64,000 bases of DNA from Eledone cirrhosa. Taxonomy: Eukaryota. Position numbers and translations under genes: made by a program. The stretch covers positions 238,080,001-238,144,000 of the forward strand of contig OZ024742.1 in assembly GCA_964016885.1 (NCBI GenBank). The letters run 5' to 3'. This document shows, piece after piece, positions 1-15,290 of this stretch (its first letter is position 1; every line of letters starts with the position of its first letter). The notes below the pieces were generated by a model. That model ran no database searches and was not told the origin of the DNA. It saw nothing but the letters and a program-made list of their open reading frames with translations.

Positions 1-969
1 GGAAATAACTAACCCCAGTATTAGAACATGGGGTTCACAATGTAAGGGTTTTATTTCTTTTGTTAGAAAACAGTGACCTTTTTCGGTTTGGCATTGTCAT
101 TTTTATTTTTATTCTAATACATGTTAACCACCATTAACAGTAAGTAGTATTTTTCAAAGTCAAATGAAAAATTTAAAGAATACATGCATGTAAACTTAAT
201 GAATGGGATCTATAAGCCTTTGGGTTGCCGAGTTAATTTATTCAGTTGTTCTTTTTTAATATTCATTGTAAACTTAATGAATATTACTTAACTATAAGCC
301 GTTTGGTTGCCGAGTTAATTAATTCAGTTTTTTTTTTAATATTCATTGTAAACTTAAGGAATGGGATCTATAAGCCCTTTGGTTGACGAGTTAATTAATT
401 CAGTTTTTTTTTAAATATTCATTGTCTTATTTAAAGTAACATATCAAAGACAACCTTATTTCGCTGTTAATAAACTGTTGCCTTCTACAGTACGTTTCAT
501 TTTCATTTTTTAATTACAGTTGCTCTATATTAAATTTAAATACTTCTATAACGATTATACAGTACCGTTTTATGAAATCGATTCTGCAGTAGAATTTTAC
601 GAAATGCCAAACCGAAAAAGGTCACTGTTTTCTAACAAAAGAAATAAAACCCTTACATTGTGAACCCCATTGTAAACGTCTAATATATAGAGGCCCCTCT
701 TGCTGACCAGGGCAATCAAAGTGTAAACTATCATACAAACCTTCATAATCTGCATTTTCAAACTTGCATATCATCGACATTGCTATTTCGCTGTTAATAA
801 ACAACGCTTTTCACGTCGCGCCACTTCTCATTGTACGCCGTCCAGCCACAAGTGCATATTTCTATTTTTTCCCCTGAAACTGCTTCTTTATAATAAACTT
901 TCAATAATATTTTTCAAATTATTAACTTAATAAAAAGTGGCCCCGGGTGCAACCGGGCTCAGCTGCTAG
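1..969 (+). mobile_element. Non-autonomous Helitron-like element, 3' part
   Basis: Ends in a GC hairpin CCCGG-gtgcaa-CCGGG (942-957), then CTAG (966-969) and T, the canonical Helitron 3' terminus. Carries internal ~75-80 bp tandem repeats. 5' end not identified. Confidence 0.6.
190..425. repeat. Three tandem copies of a ~75-80 bp unit
   Basis: Unit gtaaacttaatgaatgggatctataagcctttgggttgccgagttaatt..ttcagtt..aatattcatt is repeated three times with small differences. Confidence 0.9.
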
Positions 970-1679
970 TATATGTAGGTATACATATATTATATATGTG
1001 TGCGTGATCGTTTTACGATAAAGAAGGCTAATTAATATAATATCTAGCCTTAGTTTCTGCTTCATTGTTGATACAAACAATTGGAAAAACATTAATTGAC
1101 CTTGTCATCCCAATTAGGCTGTGAAAACAAGATACAGCAGCAACACAGCAGCACGCATTAACAGCATACTCTAACACACAGCCGCATACAGCAACGCACA
1201 GCACCATACACTAACATCCAACATCACACTGCAGCATACAACAATACACCGTAACAAACAGCTGCATCTGATAAGAAAGATCTATAAAATATATAATGCA
1301 ATTTTGAAATATCACCATATCATAACGTGTTCTTGTTTGTGTGTGTGTTTGTGCGGTTTGAGTGCATATGCTTGTGTCTATGTGTGCATGTGTGCCTGTG
1401 CGTATGCGTTTGCAAAGTGCATGTCTGTATGTGTTCTGTAAGTGATTGTTTGTGTACATGCATGCAATTGCGTGCATGTGTGTGTATGTATTGTATATAT
1501 TGTGTGTGTACATAATGCTACGTTTTATTGAACTACATCGTAATTTGATTTCATTCTCTATGAAGCTTATCATGTTTTTCCTTCTAATATTTTAACATTT
1601 TTCTATTGAAGTTTTAAAATATTTGTTCACATTTCTCATAATTTGTGTCTGGTGAATTTTATGGATTAATTTTATATAT

Positions 1680-1708
1680 GTGTGTGTGTTTGTGTGTGTG
1701 TGTGTTTG

Positions 1709-1756
<48 letters not shown>

Positions 1757-1874
1757 TTTGTTTGTTTGTTTGTTTGTTTGTTTGTTTGTTTGTTTGTTTG
1801 TTTGTTTGTTTGTTTGTTTGTTTGTTTGTTTGTTTGTTTGTTTGTTTGTTTGCTTGTTTGTTTGTTTGTTTGTT

Positions 1875-1912
<38 letters not shown>

Positions 1913-1935
1913 TGTGCGTGCGCGCGCGTGTGTAT
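1680..1935. repeat. Compound (TG)n-(TTTG)n-(TG)n microsatellite
   Basis: Read directly. Confidence 0.97.
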
Positions 1936-2082
1936 ATCTAGATATGTGTATGAATGTATATATATAACATATATAATAAAAATGAATGTTGGTGGGGTGC
2001 TTAGTTATATTCAGAATACACGTCGGCTGCCGGTATATTAAAACATAATGATGTCCTTTACATTATACATTGTATGCAGAAA

Positions 2083-2296
2083 GGAGGTGAGTTGGCAGAG
2101 ATCTTAAAGCGTCGGATGAAATGCCTCGGTATTTAATCTGGCTTCCTATACTCTAAATTCAAATCTGGCCGTATTCAGATTTGCCTTTCATCCTTGCAGA
2201 GTAGATAAGATACAATAGCGGTCAAGTAGTAGTGTCGATTTAATCTACTTTACTCCCTCCACACAAACACACACACTCATATTGTACCTAATTATA
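2083..2296 (+). mobile_element. tRNA-derived SINE, family A (diverged copy)
   Basis: A-box-like head ggaggtgagttggcagag, B-box-like aattcaaatc and core tttgcctttcatcct, shared with many copies in the window. Confidence 0.7.
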
Positions 2297-2879
2297 CGCG
2301 TTAGGGTGCCGGATTAAATGCCCGGGTATTTATTCCGGTTTATGTTTTGTCATTGTAATATTGCCTACATAGCTCCTAATTCCAGACCTATATATTCAGT
2401 TGCTAGGGATTCGAATTAAATGCCTTTGTGTATGTTCCGGTTCTCTACATTCTGAGTTCAAATCCCAATCACGTCTACTCTCCGGACTCGGTAAATTAAG
2501 TTCCGTCTGTCTACATTCTGGGTCCATATTATCACTTTGAAGAGCTCTGGTGCTTCAGTCAAGATTTGCGATTGACAGATAGTATCAGCAATGGAAAGAC
2601 AAATAGAGGTAATGGCGATGAGGATAATGATAATTATAATGGTGGTGGTGGTAGTAGTGGTGGTGGGTGATTGTGCTAGTGGTGGTGATGATAACAATGT
2701 TTTCAACCATTATTAGTATGTATTATAACAATGAATAAACAGAAAAGTAAGTCAAATGGCCTTCTCCCCTCACCATTGTCCCAGTCGCCGCCACAGCTAC
2801 CAACACAAATAACAATAAAACCACATAATCATAAGCACAGAAAGGAAAGCCATTAGCAAGAAACTACTAACTCCAGCAT

Positions 2880-4330
2880 CCCTATTACCACCCTCATCAT
2901 GCCGTCACCACATTCACTATATCATCAACACAAAGATACCTTCACCACCAACGTACCATCACCAGCATCGACTCATCATCACTATCACTATACACTAATG
3001 TGTATACCGATATCAACATTATCATCACTACCAACACGCCATTACCATCAACACACCATCATCATCAACACACCATCATCATCAACACACCATTATCAAA
3101 AACACACCATCACCCTCATCACACCATCACTACCAACATACCATCATCACCATCACCACCATAGCGCTATCAGCACCCTATCAACACGCCATCACCACCA
3201 ACACATTATCACCCCCCCCCCCCCTCCCCACCACCACCAACCACCACCACCACCATCACCACCATCAACACACCACCACCACCACCATCACACCTTAACC
3301 ACCAACACACCGCCACCACCAACACACCATCACCACCAACACACCATAACCACCAACACGCCGCCACCACCAACACACCATCACCATCAACACACCATCA
3401 CCCCCAACACACCATCACCCCCAACACACCACCACCACCAACACACCATCACCATCAACACGCCGCTACCAGCAAACCATCACCCATAACACACCATCAC
3501 CATCAACACACCTACACCACCAACACACCATAACCACCAACACACCGCCACCACCGACACACCATCACCACCAACACTCCATCACCCCCAAAACACCATC
3601 ACCATCAACACACCATCACCACCAACACACCATAACCACCAACACACCGCCACCACCAACACACCATCACCACCAACACACCATCACCACCACACAGCGC
3701 CACCACAGCACACCATCACCACCAACACACTACTCCACACCACCAACACACCACCAACATACCACACCACCACCACCGACACACCACCAACACACCACAC
3801 CACCAACACACCACACTACCAACACCCCACACCACCACCACACCACCAACACATCGCACCACCAACACACCACACCACCAATACACCACCAACACACCAC
3901 ACCACCAACACACCACAGCACCACCACCAACACACCACCAACACACCACCAACACACCACACTACCAACACACCACACCCCCAACACACCACACCACCAC
4001 CACCACCACCAACACACCACCAACACACCACACCACCAATACACAACACCACCAACACACCACACCACCAACACACCACACCACCAACACACCACACCAC
4101 CAACGCACCACACCACCAACACACCACACCACCAACACACCACACCACCACCACCAACACACCACCACCACACCACACCACCAACACACCACACCACCAC
4201 CACCAACACACCACCACCACACCACACCACCAACACACCACACCACCACCACCAACACACCACCACCACACCACACCACCAACACACCACCACCACCACC
4301 ACAAACAACACCAATAACACTAACAAAATC
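2880..4330. repeat. Cryptic (ACC/CACAC/CAA) low-complexity repeat
   Basis: Degenerate units such as ccaccaacacaccatca grade into caccacaccaccaaca. No consistent reading frame. Confidence 0.9.
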
Positions 4331-4604
4331 AAAAGAAGACTAATGTTAGGTTAAAAATATCAACATCTGACAATGTCAACTTTTATTATCATCAACATCA
4401 ACATCAACATCAACATCAACATCAACATCAACATCAATAACAATAACAATAGTATTGATGGAAGTGTTGTTGTTGCTGTTGTTGTTGTTGTTGTTAATTG
4501 TGGTATTGTTCGGTAGTGCTGTTAATGATGGTTACAACAACAATACACCAAAAAATAGGATGACCACCTACACAATAATAACTAATCAGCCATAACTACC
4601 ACTG

Positions 4605-4797
4605 CAAACACCAACACAATCACTTACACCACCACAAGCACCTACACCAACACAACCACCTACACCAACACAAGTACCTACACCAACACAATCACTTACA
4701 CCAACACAAGTACCTACACCAATAAAACCACCTACACCAACACAAGCACCTACACCAACACAAGCACCTACACCAATAAAACCACCTACACCAACAA
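4605..4797 (+). repeat. 18-bp tandem repeat (acctacaccaacacaagc; TYTNTS if translated)
   Basis: About 10 units, in the same frame as the downstream Thr-rich array. Confidence 0.85.
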
Positions 4798-4867
4798 CGC
4801 CAACGCTACCACAAGATCAACCATCACAATCACCAATACAACCACAGCAACAAGACACACGACTATA

Positions 4868-7800
4868 ACAACAGAAACCACAACCAACACCACCTCCACA
4901 AACACAACCACTACAACAACAACAGGAACCACAACCACCACCACCTCCACAAACACAACCACTACAACAACAACAGGAACCACAACCACCACCACCTCCA
5001 CAAACACAACCACTACAACAACAACAGGAACCACAACCACCACCACCTCCACAAACACAACCACTACAACAACCACAGGAACCACAACCACCACCGCCAC
5101 AAACACAACCACTACAACAACAAAAGGAACCACAACCACCACCACCTCCACAAACACAACCACTACAACAACAACAGGAACCACAACCACCACCTCAACA
5201 AACACAACCACTACTACAACAACAGGAACCACAACCACCACCTCAACAAACACAACCACTACAACAACCACAGGAACCACAACCACCACCGCCACAAACA
5301 CAACCACTACAACAACAACAGGAACCACAAACAACACCAGCTCCACAAACACAACCACTACAACAACAACAGGAACCACAACCACCACCACCTCCACAAA
5401 CACAACCACTACAACAACAACAGGAATCACAACCACCAACTCAACAAACACAACCACTACTACAACAACAGAAACCACAACCAACACAACCTCCTTTAAA
5501 CACAACCACTACAACAACAACAGGAACCACAACCAACACCACCTCCACAAACACAACCACTACAACAACAACAGGAACCACAACTACCACCACCGCCACA
5601 AACACAACCACTACAACAACAACAGGAACCACAACCAACACCACCTCCACAAACACAATCACTACAACAACAACAGGAACCACAACCAACACCACCGCCA
5701 CAAACACAACCACTACAACAACAACAGGAACCACAACCAACACCACCTCCATAAACACAACCACTACAACGACAACAGGAACCACAACCAACACCACCTC
5801 CACAAACACAACCACTACAACAACAACAGGAACCACAACCACCACCACCTCCACAAACACAACCACTACAACAACAACAGGAACCAGAACCACCACATCA
5901 ACAAACACAACCACTACAACAACAACAGGAACCACAACCAACACCACCTCCACAAACACAACCACTACAACAACAACAGAAACCACAACCAACACCACCC
6001 CCACAAACACAACCACTACAACAACAACAGGAACCACAACCAACACCACCTCCACAAACACAACCACTACAACAACAACCACCACCTCTACAAACACAAC
6101 CACTACAACAACAACAGGAACCACAAACAACACCACCTCCACAAACACAACCACTACAACAACAACAGAAACCACAACCAACACCACCTCAACAGACACA
6201 ACCACTACAACAACAACAGGAACCACAACCAACACCACCTCCACAAACACAACCACTACAACAACAACCACAACCACCACCTCAACAAACACAACCACTA
6301 CAACAACAACAGGAACCACAAACAACACCACCTCCACAAACACAACCACTACAACAACAACAGAAACCACAACCAACACCACCTCCACAAACACAACTAT
6401 TACAACAACAACAGGAACCACAACCAACACCACCTCCACAAACACAACCACTACAACAACAACAGGAACCACAACCAACACCACCTCCACAAACACAACC
6501 ACTACAACAACAACAGAAACCACAACCAACACCACCTCCACAAACACAACCACTACAACAACAACAGGAACCACAACCACCACCTCAACAAACACAACCA
6601 CTACAACAACAACAGGAACCACAACCAACACCACCTCCACAAACACAACCACTACAACAACAACAGGAACCACAACCACCACCTCAACAAACACAACCAC
6701 TACAACAACAACAGGAACCACAACCAACACCACCTCCACAAACACAACCACTACAACAACAACAGAAATCACAACCAACACCACCTCCACAAACACAGCC
6801 ACTACAACAACAACAGGAACCACAACCAACACCACCTGCACAAACACAACCACTACAACAACAGCAGGAACCACAACCACCACCACCTCCACAAACACAG
6901 CCACTACAACAACAACAGGAACCACAACTACCACCACCGCCACAAACACAACCACTACAACAAAAACAGGAACCACAACCAACACCACCTCCACAAACAC
7001 AATCACTACAACAACAACAGGAACCACAACCAACACCGCCTCCACAAACACAACCACTACAACAACAACAGGAACCACAACCAACACCACCTCCACAAAC
7101 ACAACCACTACAACAAAAACAGGAACCACAACCAACACCACCTCCACAAACACAATCACTACAACAACAACAGGAACCACAACCAACACCACCTCCACAA
7201 ACACAATCACTACAACAACAACAGGAACCACAACAAACACCACCTCCACAAACACAATCACTACAACAACAACAGGAACCACAACCAACACCACCTCCAT
7301 AAACACAACCACTACAACAACAACAGGAACCACAACCACCACCACCTCCACAAACACAACCACTACAACAACAACAGGAACCACAACCACCACCTCCACA
7401 AACACAACCACTACAACAACAACAGGAACCACAACCAACACCACCGCCACAAACACAATCACTACAACAACAACAGGAACCACAACCAACACCACCTCCA
7501 TAAACACAACCACTACAACAACAACAGGAACCACAACCAACACCACCTCCACAAACACAATCACTACAACAACAACAGGAACCACAACCAACACCACCTC
7601 CACAAACACAATCACTACAACAACAACAGGAACCACAACCACCACCACCTCCACAAACACAACTACTACAACAACAACAGGAACCACAACCAATACCACC
7701 TCCACAAACACAACCACTACCACAACAACAGGAACCACAACTAACACCACCTCCACAAACACAACCACTACAACAACACAGGAACCACAACCACCACCTC

Positions 7801-10800
7801 AACAAACACAGCCACTACAACAACAACAGGAACCACAACCACCACCTCCACAAACACAACCACTACAACAACAACAGGAACCACAACTGCCACCACCGCC
7901 ACAAACACAACCACTACAACAAAAACAGGAACCACAACCAACACCGCCTCCACAAACACAACCACTACAACAACAACAGGAACCACAACCAACACCACCT
8001 CCACAAACACAACCACTACAACAAAAACAGGAACCACAACCAACACCACCTCCACAAACACAATCACTACAACAACAACAGGAACCACAACCAACACCAC
8101 CTCCACAAACACAATCACTACAACAACAACAGGAACCACAACCAACACCACCTCCACAAACACAACCACTACAACAACAACAGGAACCACAACCACCACC
8201 ACCTCCACAAACACAACCACTACAACAACAACAGGAACCACAACCAACACCACCTCCACAAACACAACCACTACAACAACAACAGGAACCACAACCACCA
8301 CCTCAACAAACACAACCACTACAACAACAACAGGAACCACAACCAACACCACCTCCACAAACACAACCACTACAACAACAACAGAAACCACAACCAACAC
8401 CACCTCAACAAACACAATCACTACAACAACAACAGGAACCACAACCAACACCACCTCCACAAACACAATCACTACAACAACAACAGGAACCACAACCAAC
8501 ACCACCTCCACAAACACAACCACTACAACAACAACAGGAACCACAACCACCACCACCTCCACAAACACAACCACTACAACAACAACAGGAACCACAACCA
8601 CCACCTCAACAAACACAACCACTACAACAACAACAGGAACCACAACCAACACCACCTGCACAAACACAACCACTACAACAACAGCAGGAACCACAACCAC
8701 CACCACCTCCACAAACACAGCCACTACAACAACAACAGGAACCACAACTACCACCACCGCCACAAACACAACCACTACAACAAAAACAGGAACCACAACC
8801 AACACCACCTCCACAAACACAATCACTACAACAACAACAGGAACCACAACCACCACCTCCACAAACACAACCACTACAACAACAACAGGAACCACAACTG
8901 CCACCACCGCCACAAACACAACCACTACAACAAAAACAGGAACCACAACCAACACCGCCTCCACAGACACAACCACTACAACAACAACAGGAACCACAAC
9001 CAACACCACCTCCACAAACACAACCACTACAACAAAAACAGGAACCACAACCAACACCACCTCCACAAACACAATCACTACAACAACAACAGGAACCACA
9101 ACCAACACCACCTCCACAAACACAATCACTACAACAACAACAGGAACCACAACCAACACCACCTCCACAAACACAACCACTACAACAACAACAGGAACCA
9201 CAACCACCACCACCTCCACAGACACAACCACTACAACAACAACAGGAACCACAACCAACACCACCTCCACAAACACAACCACTACAACAACAACAGGAAC
9301 CACAACCACCACCTCAACAAACACAACCACTACAACAACAACAGGAACCACAACCAACACCACCTCCACAAACACAACCACTACAACAACAACAGGAACC
9401 ACAACCACCACCTCAACAAACACAACCACTACAACAACAACAGGAACCACAACCAACACCACCTCCACAAACACAACCACTACAACAACAACAGAAACCA
9501 CAACCAACACCACCTCAACAAACACAATCACTACAACAACAACAGGAACCACAACCAACACCACCTCCACAAACACAATCACTACAACAACAACAGGAAC
9601 CACAACCAACACCACCTCCACAAACACAACCACTACAACAACAACAGGAACCACAACCACCACCACCTCCACAAACACAACCACTACAACAACAACAGGA
9701 ACCACAACCACCACCTCAACAAACACAACCACTACAACAACAACAGGAACCACAACCAACACCACCTCCACAAACACAACTACTACAACAACAACAGAAA
9801 CCACAACCAACACCACCTCCACAAACACAACCACTACAACAACAACAGAAACCACAACCACCACCACCTCCACAAACACAACCACTACAACAACAACAGG
9901 AACCACAACCACCACCTCAACAAACACAACCACTACAACAACAACAGGAACCACAACCAACACCACCTCCACAAACACAACCACTACAACAACAACAGAA
10001 ACCACAACCAACACCACCTCAACAAACACAACCACTACAACAACAACAGGAACCACAACCAACACCACCTCCACAAACACAACCACTACAACAACAACAG
10101 GAACCACAACCACCACCTCAACAAACACAACCACTACAACAACAGGAACCACTACCAACACCACCTCCACAAACACAACCACTACAACAACAACAGAAAC
10201 CACAACCAACACCACCTCCACAAACACAACCACTACAACAACAACAGGAACCACAACCAACACCACCTCCACAAACACAACCACTACAACAACAACAGGA
10301 ACCACAACCACCACCTCAACAAACACAACCACTACAACAACAACAGGAACCACAACCAACACCACCTCCACAAAAACAACCACTACAACAACAACAGAAA
10401 CCACAAACAACACCACCTCCACAAACACAGCCACTACAACAACAACAGGAACCACAACCAACACCACCTCCACAAACACAACCACTACAACAACAACAGG
10501 AACCACAACCACCACCACCTCCACAAATACAGCCACTACAACAACAACAGGAACCACAACCACCACCTCCACAAACACAACCACTACAACAACAACAGGA
10601 ACCACAACTACCACCACCGCCACAAACACAACCACTACAACAAAAACAGGAACCACAACCAACACCACCTCCACAAACACAATCACTACAACAACAACAG
10701 GAACCACAACCAACACCACCTCCACAAACACAACCACTACAACAACAACAGGAACCACAACCACCACCACCTCCACAAACACAACCACTACAACAACAAC

Positions 10801-13800
10801 AGGAACCACAACCACCACCTCAACAAACACAACCACTACAACAACAACAGGAACCACAACCAACACCACCTCCACAAACACAACTACTACAACAACAACA
10901 GAAACCACAACCAACACCACCTCCACAAACACAACCACTACAACAACAACAGAAACCACAACCACCACCACCTCCACAAACACAACCACTACAACAACAA
11001 CAGGAACCACAACCACCACCTCAACAAACACAACCACTACAACAACAACAGGAACCACAACCAACACCACCTCCACAAACACAACCACTACAACAACAAC
11101 AGAAACCACAACCAACACCACCTCAACAAACACAACCACTACAACAACAACAGGAACCACAACCAACACCACCTCCACAAACACAACCACTACAACAACA
11201 ACAGGAACCACAACCACCACCTCAACAAACACAACCACTACAACAACAGGAACCACTACCAACACCACCTCCACAAACACAACCACTACAACAACAACAG
11301 GAACCACAACCAACACCACCTCCACAAACACAACCACTACAACAACAACAGGAACCACAACCACCACCTCAACAAACACAACCACTACAACAACAACAGG
11401 AACCACAACCAACACCACCTCCACAAAAACAACCACTACAACAACAACAGAAACCACAAACAACACCACCTCCACAAACACAGCCACTACAACAACAACA
11501 GGAACCACAACCAACACCACCTCCACAAACACAACCACTACAACAACAACAGGAACCACAACCACCACCACCTCCACAAATACAGCCACTACAACAACAA
11601 CAGGAACCACAACCACCACCTCCACAAACACAACCACTACAACAACAACAGGAACCACAACTACCACCACCGCCACAAACACAACCACTACAACAAAAAC
11701 AGGAACCACAACCAACACCACCTCCACAAACACAATCACTACAACAACAACAGGAACCACAACCAACACCACCTCCACAAACACAGCCACTACAACAACA
11801 ACAGGAACCACAACCAACACCACCTCCACTAACACAACAACTACAACAACAACATGAACCACAACCAACACCGCCTCCACAAACACAACCACTACAACAA
11901 CAACAGGAACCACAACCAACACCACCTCCACAAACACAACCACTACAACAACAACAGGAACCACAACTACCACCACCGCCACAAACACAACCACTACAAC
12001 AACAACAGGAACCACAACCAACACCGCCTCCACAAACACAACCACTACAACAACAACAGAAACCACAACCAACACCACCGCCACAAACACAACCACTACA
12101 ACAACCACAGGAACCACAACCACCACCGCCACAAACACAACCACTACAACAACAACAGGAACCACAACCAACACCACCTCCACAAACACAACCACTACAA
12201 CAACAACAGGAACCACAACCAACACCACCTCCACAAACACAACCACTACAACAACAACAGGAACCACAACTACCACCACCGCCACAAACACAACCACTAC
12301 AACAACAACAGGAACCACAACCAACACCGCCTCCACAAGCACAACCACTACAACAACAACAGGAACCACAACCACCACCACCTCCACAAATACAGCCACT
12401 ACAACAACAACAGGAACCACAACCACCACCTCCACAAACACAACCACTACAACAACAACAGGAACCACAACTACCACCACCGCCACAAACACATCCACTA
12501 CAACAAAAACAGGAACCACCACCAACACCACCTCCACAAACACAACCACTACAACAACAACAGGAACCACAACCAACACCACCTCCACAAACACAATCAC
12601 TACAACAACAACAGGAACCACAACCAACACCACCTCCACAAAAACAACCACTACAACAACAACAGAAACCACAACCACCACCTCAACAAACACAACCACT
12701 ACAACAACAACAGGAACCACAACCAACACCACCTCCACAAACACAACCACTACAACAACAACAGGAACCACAAACACCACCACCTCCATAAACACAACCA
12801 CTACAACAACAACAGGAACCACAAACAACACCACCTCCACAAACACAATCACTACAACAACAACAGGAACCACAACCAACACCACCTCCACAAACACAAC
12901 CACTACAACAACAACAGGAACCACAACCAACACCACCTCCACAAACACAACCACTACAACAACAACAGGAACCACAACCAACACCACCTCCACAAACACA
13001 ACCACTACAACAACAACAGAAACCACAACCAACACCACCTCAACAAACACAACCACTACAACAACAACAGGAACCACAACCAACACCACCTCCACAAACA
13101 CAATCACTACAACAACAACAGGAACCACAAACAACACCACCTCCATAAACACAATCACTACAACAACAACAGGAACCACAACCAACACCACCTCCACAAA
13201 CACAATCACTACAACAACAACAGGAACCACAACCAACACCACCTCCACAAAAACAACCACTACAACAACAACAGAAACCACAACCACCACCACCTCCACA
13301 AACACAACCACTACAACAACAACAGGAACCACAACCACCACCACCTCCATAAACACAACCACTACAACAACAACAGGAACCACAACCACCACCACCTCAA
13401 CAAACACAACCACTACAACAACAACAGGAACCACAACCAACACCACCTCCACAAACACAACCACTACAACAACAACAGGAACCACAACCACCACCACCTC
13501 CATAAACACAACCACTACAACAACAACAGGAACCAGAACCACCACCTCAACAAACACAACCACTACAACAACAACAGGAACCACAACCAACACCACCTCC
13601 ACAAACACAACCACTACAACAACAACAGGAACCACAACCAACACCACCTCCACAAACACAATCACTACAACAACAACAGGAACCACAACCAACACCACCT
13701 CCAAAAACACAACCACTACAACAACAACAGGAACCACAACCAACACCACCTCCACAAACACAACCACTACAACAACAACAGGAACCACAACCACCACCAC

Positions 13801-14740
13801 CTCCACAAACACAACCACTACAACAACAACAGGAACCACAACCAACACCACCTCCACAAACACAACCACTACAACAACAACAGAAACCACAACCAACACC
13901 ACCTCCACAAACACAACCACTACAACAACAACAGGAACCACAACCAACACCACCTCCACAAACACAACCACTACAACAACAACAGGAACCACAACCAACA
14001 CCACCTCCACAAACACAACCACTACAACAACAACAGGAACCACAACCAACACCACCTCCACAAACACAATCACTACAACAACAACAGGAACCACAACCAA
14101 CACCACCTCCACAAACACAACCACTACAACAACAACAGGAACCACAACCAACACCACCTCCACAAACACAACCACTACAACAACAACAGGAACCACAACC
14201 AACACCACCTCCACAAACACAACCACTACAACAACAACAGGAACCACAACCAACACCACCTCCACAAACACAACTATTACAACAACAACAGGAACCACAA
14301 CCAACACCACCTCCACAAACACAACCACTACAACAACAACAGGAACCACAACCAACACCACCTCCACAAACACAGCCACTACAACAACAACAGGAACCAC
14401 AACCAACACCACCTCCACAAACACAACCACTACAACAACAACAGGAACCACAACCAACACCACCTCCACAAACACAACTATTACAACAACAACAGGAACC
14501 ACAACCAACACCACCCCCACAAACACAACTACTACAACAACAGGAACCACAACCAACACCACCTCCACAAACACAACCACTACAACAACAACAGGAACCA
14601 CAACCAACACCACCTCCACAAACACAACAACAACAGGAACCACAACCACAACCACTACCACAAACACAACCACTACAACAACAACAGGAACCACAACCAC
14701 AACCACCACCACAAACACAACCACTACAACAACCACAACC
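4868..14740 (+). repeat. Giant 51-bp minisatellite array (roughly 195 units)
   Basis: Consensus aca aca aca gga acc aca acc aac acc acc tcc aca aac aca acc act aca. Length variants are mostly multiples of 3 (e.g. 48 bp). Higher-order duplications of ~1 kb are present. Confidence 0.98.
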
Positions 14741-15219
14741 AATACCACAAAACTAACATCAATACAGTTACTCACAAATACCAAGAACAGATAAAAAGAA
14801 AATATATTATTAATAAACAAAATAATCATAGAACACAAATAAAACAAATTGTGAAATTTATCGATTATATTAGCAAGTTTTCAACAAAAAAAAAAATCTG
14901 TTTAAATTAAAAGCTTGATTGATAGAATCACTAATGATGAGTTACTTTAGCAATGCTGGCATTATATGTTTATGTGTGTGTTTACGTATGTATGTGTGTA
15001 TGTATATATATATATATGTGTATGTGTGTGTGTAAGAGTTAGAGAATGAGATAGATAGATAGATAGAGTATATGGAATCATTGGTGATGCGTAATTTTAG
15101 CGAAGCCACCATTTTAAGTTGTTTAATCAACACGTACATCTGACATGTATATATATTTATCTCATTCAACTAAACCTCTAGCTTCTACATACTTCAGAGC
15201 GTTACTCTGGTCTGTGTAC

Positions 15220-15289
<70 letters not shown>

Positions 15290-15290
<1 letters not shown>

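Larger units (their letters stand above)
4586..14794 (+). other. Possible mucin-like Thr-rich (PTS-type) coding exon or pseudo-exon, repeat TTTGTTTNTTSTNTTTT
   Basis: The Thr reading starts after TAA 4583-4585 and ends at TAA 14792-14794. It is interrupted by a +1 indel (~5495), a -1 indel (~7778) and GGA>TGA (11855-11857). No ATG, signal peptide or strong splice acceptor is seen. Confidence 0.35.

Noticed and set aside
1211-2041. CV/LFVC ORFs and all YI/HT/poly-M/S ORFs elsewhere in the track
   Set aside because: Translations of microsatellites.
4868-14740. CRISPR-like regular repeat
   Set aside because: No unique spacers, no cas genes, and the context is eukaryotic.
4786-14847. Long minus-strand Val-rich and Cys/Gly-rich ORFs (up to 2359 aa)
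   Set aside because: Antisense shadows of the ACA/ACC array, which lacks stop codons on that strand. Poly-Val is not a plausible protein.
11854-14910. 1018-aa His/Asn-rich ORF
   Set aside because: Its ATG arises from a single G>T change inside one repeat unit in mid-array. It is an off-frame reading with no promoter or exon context.
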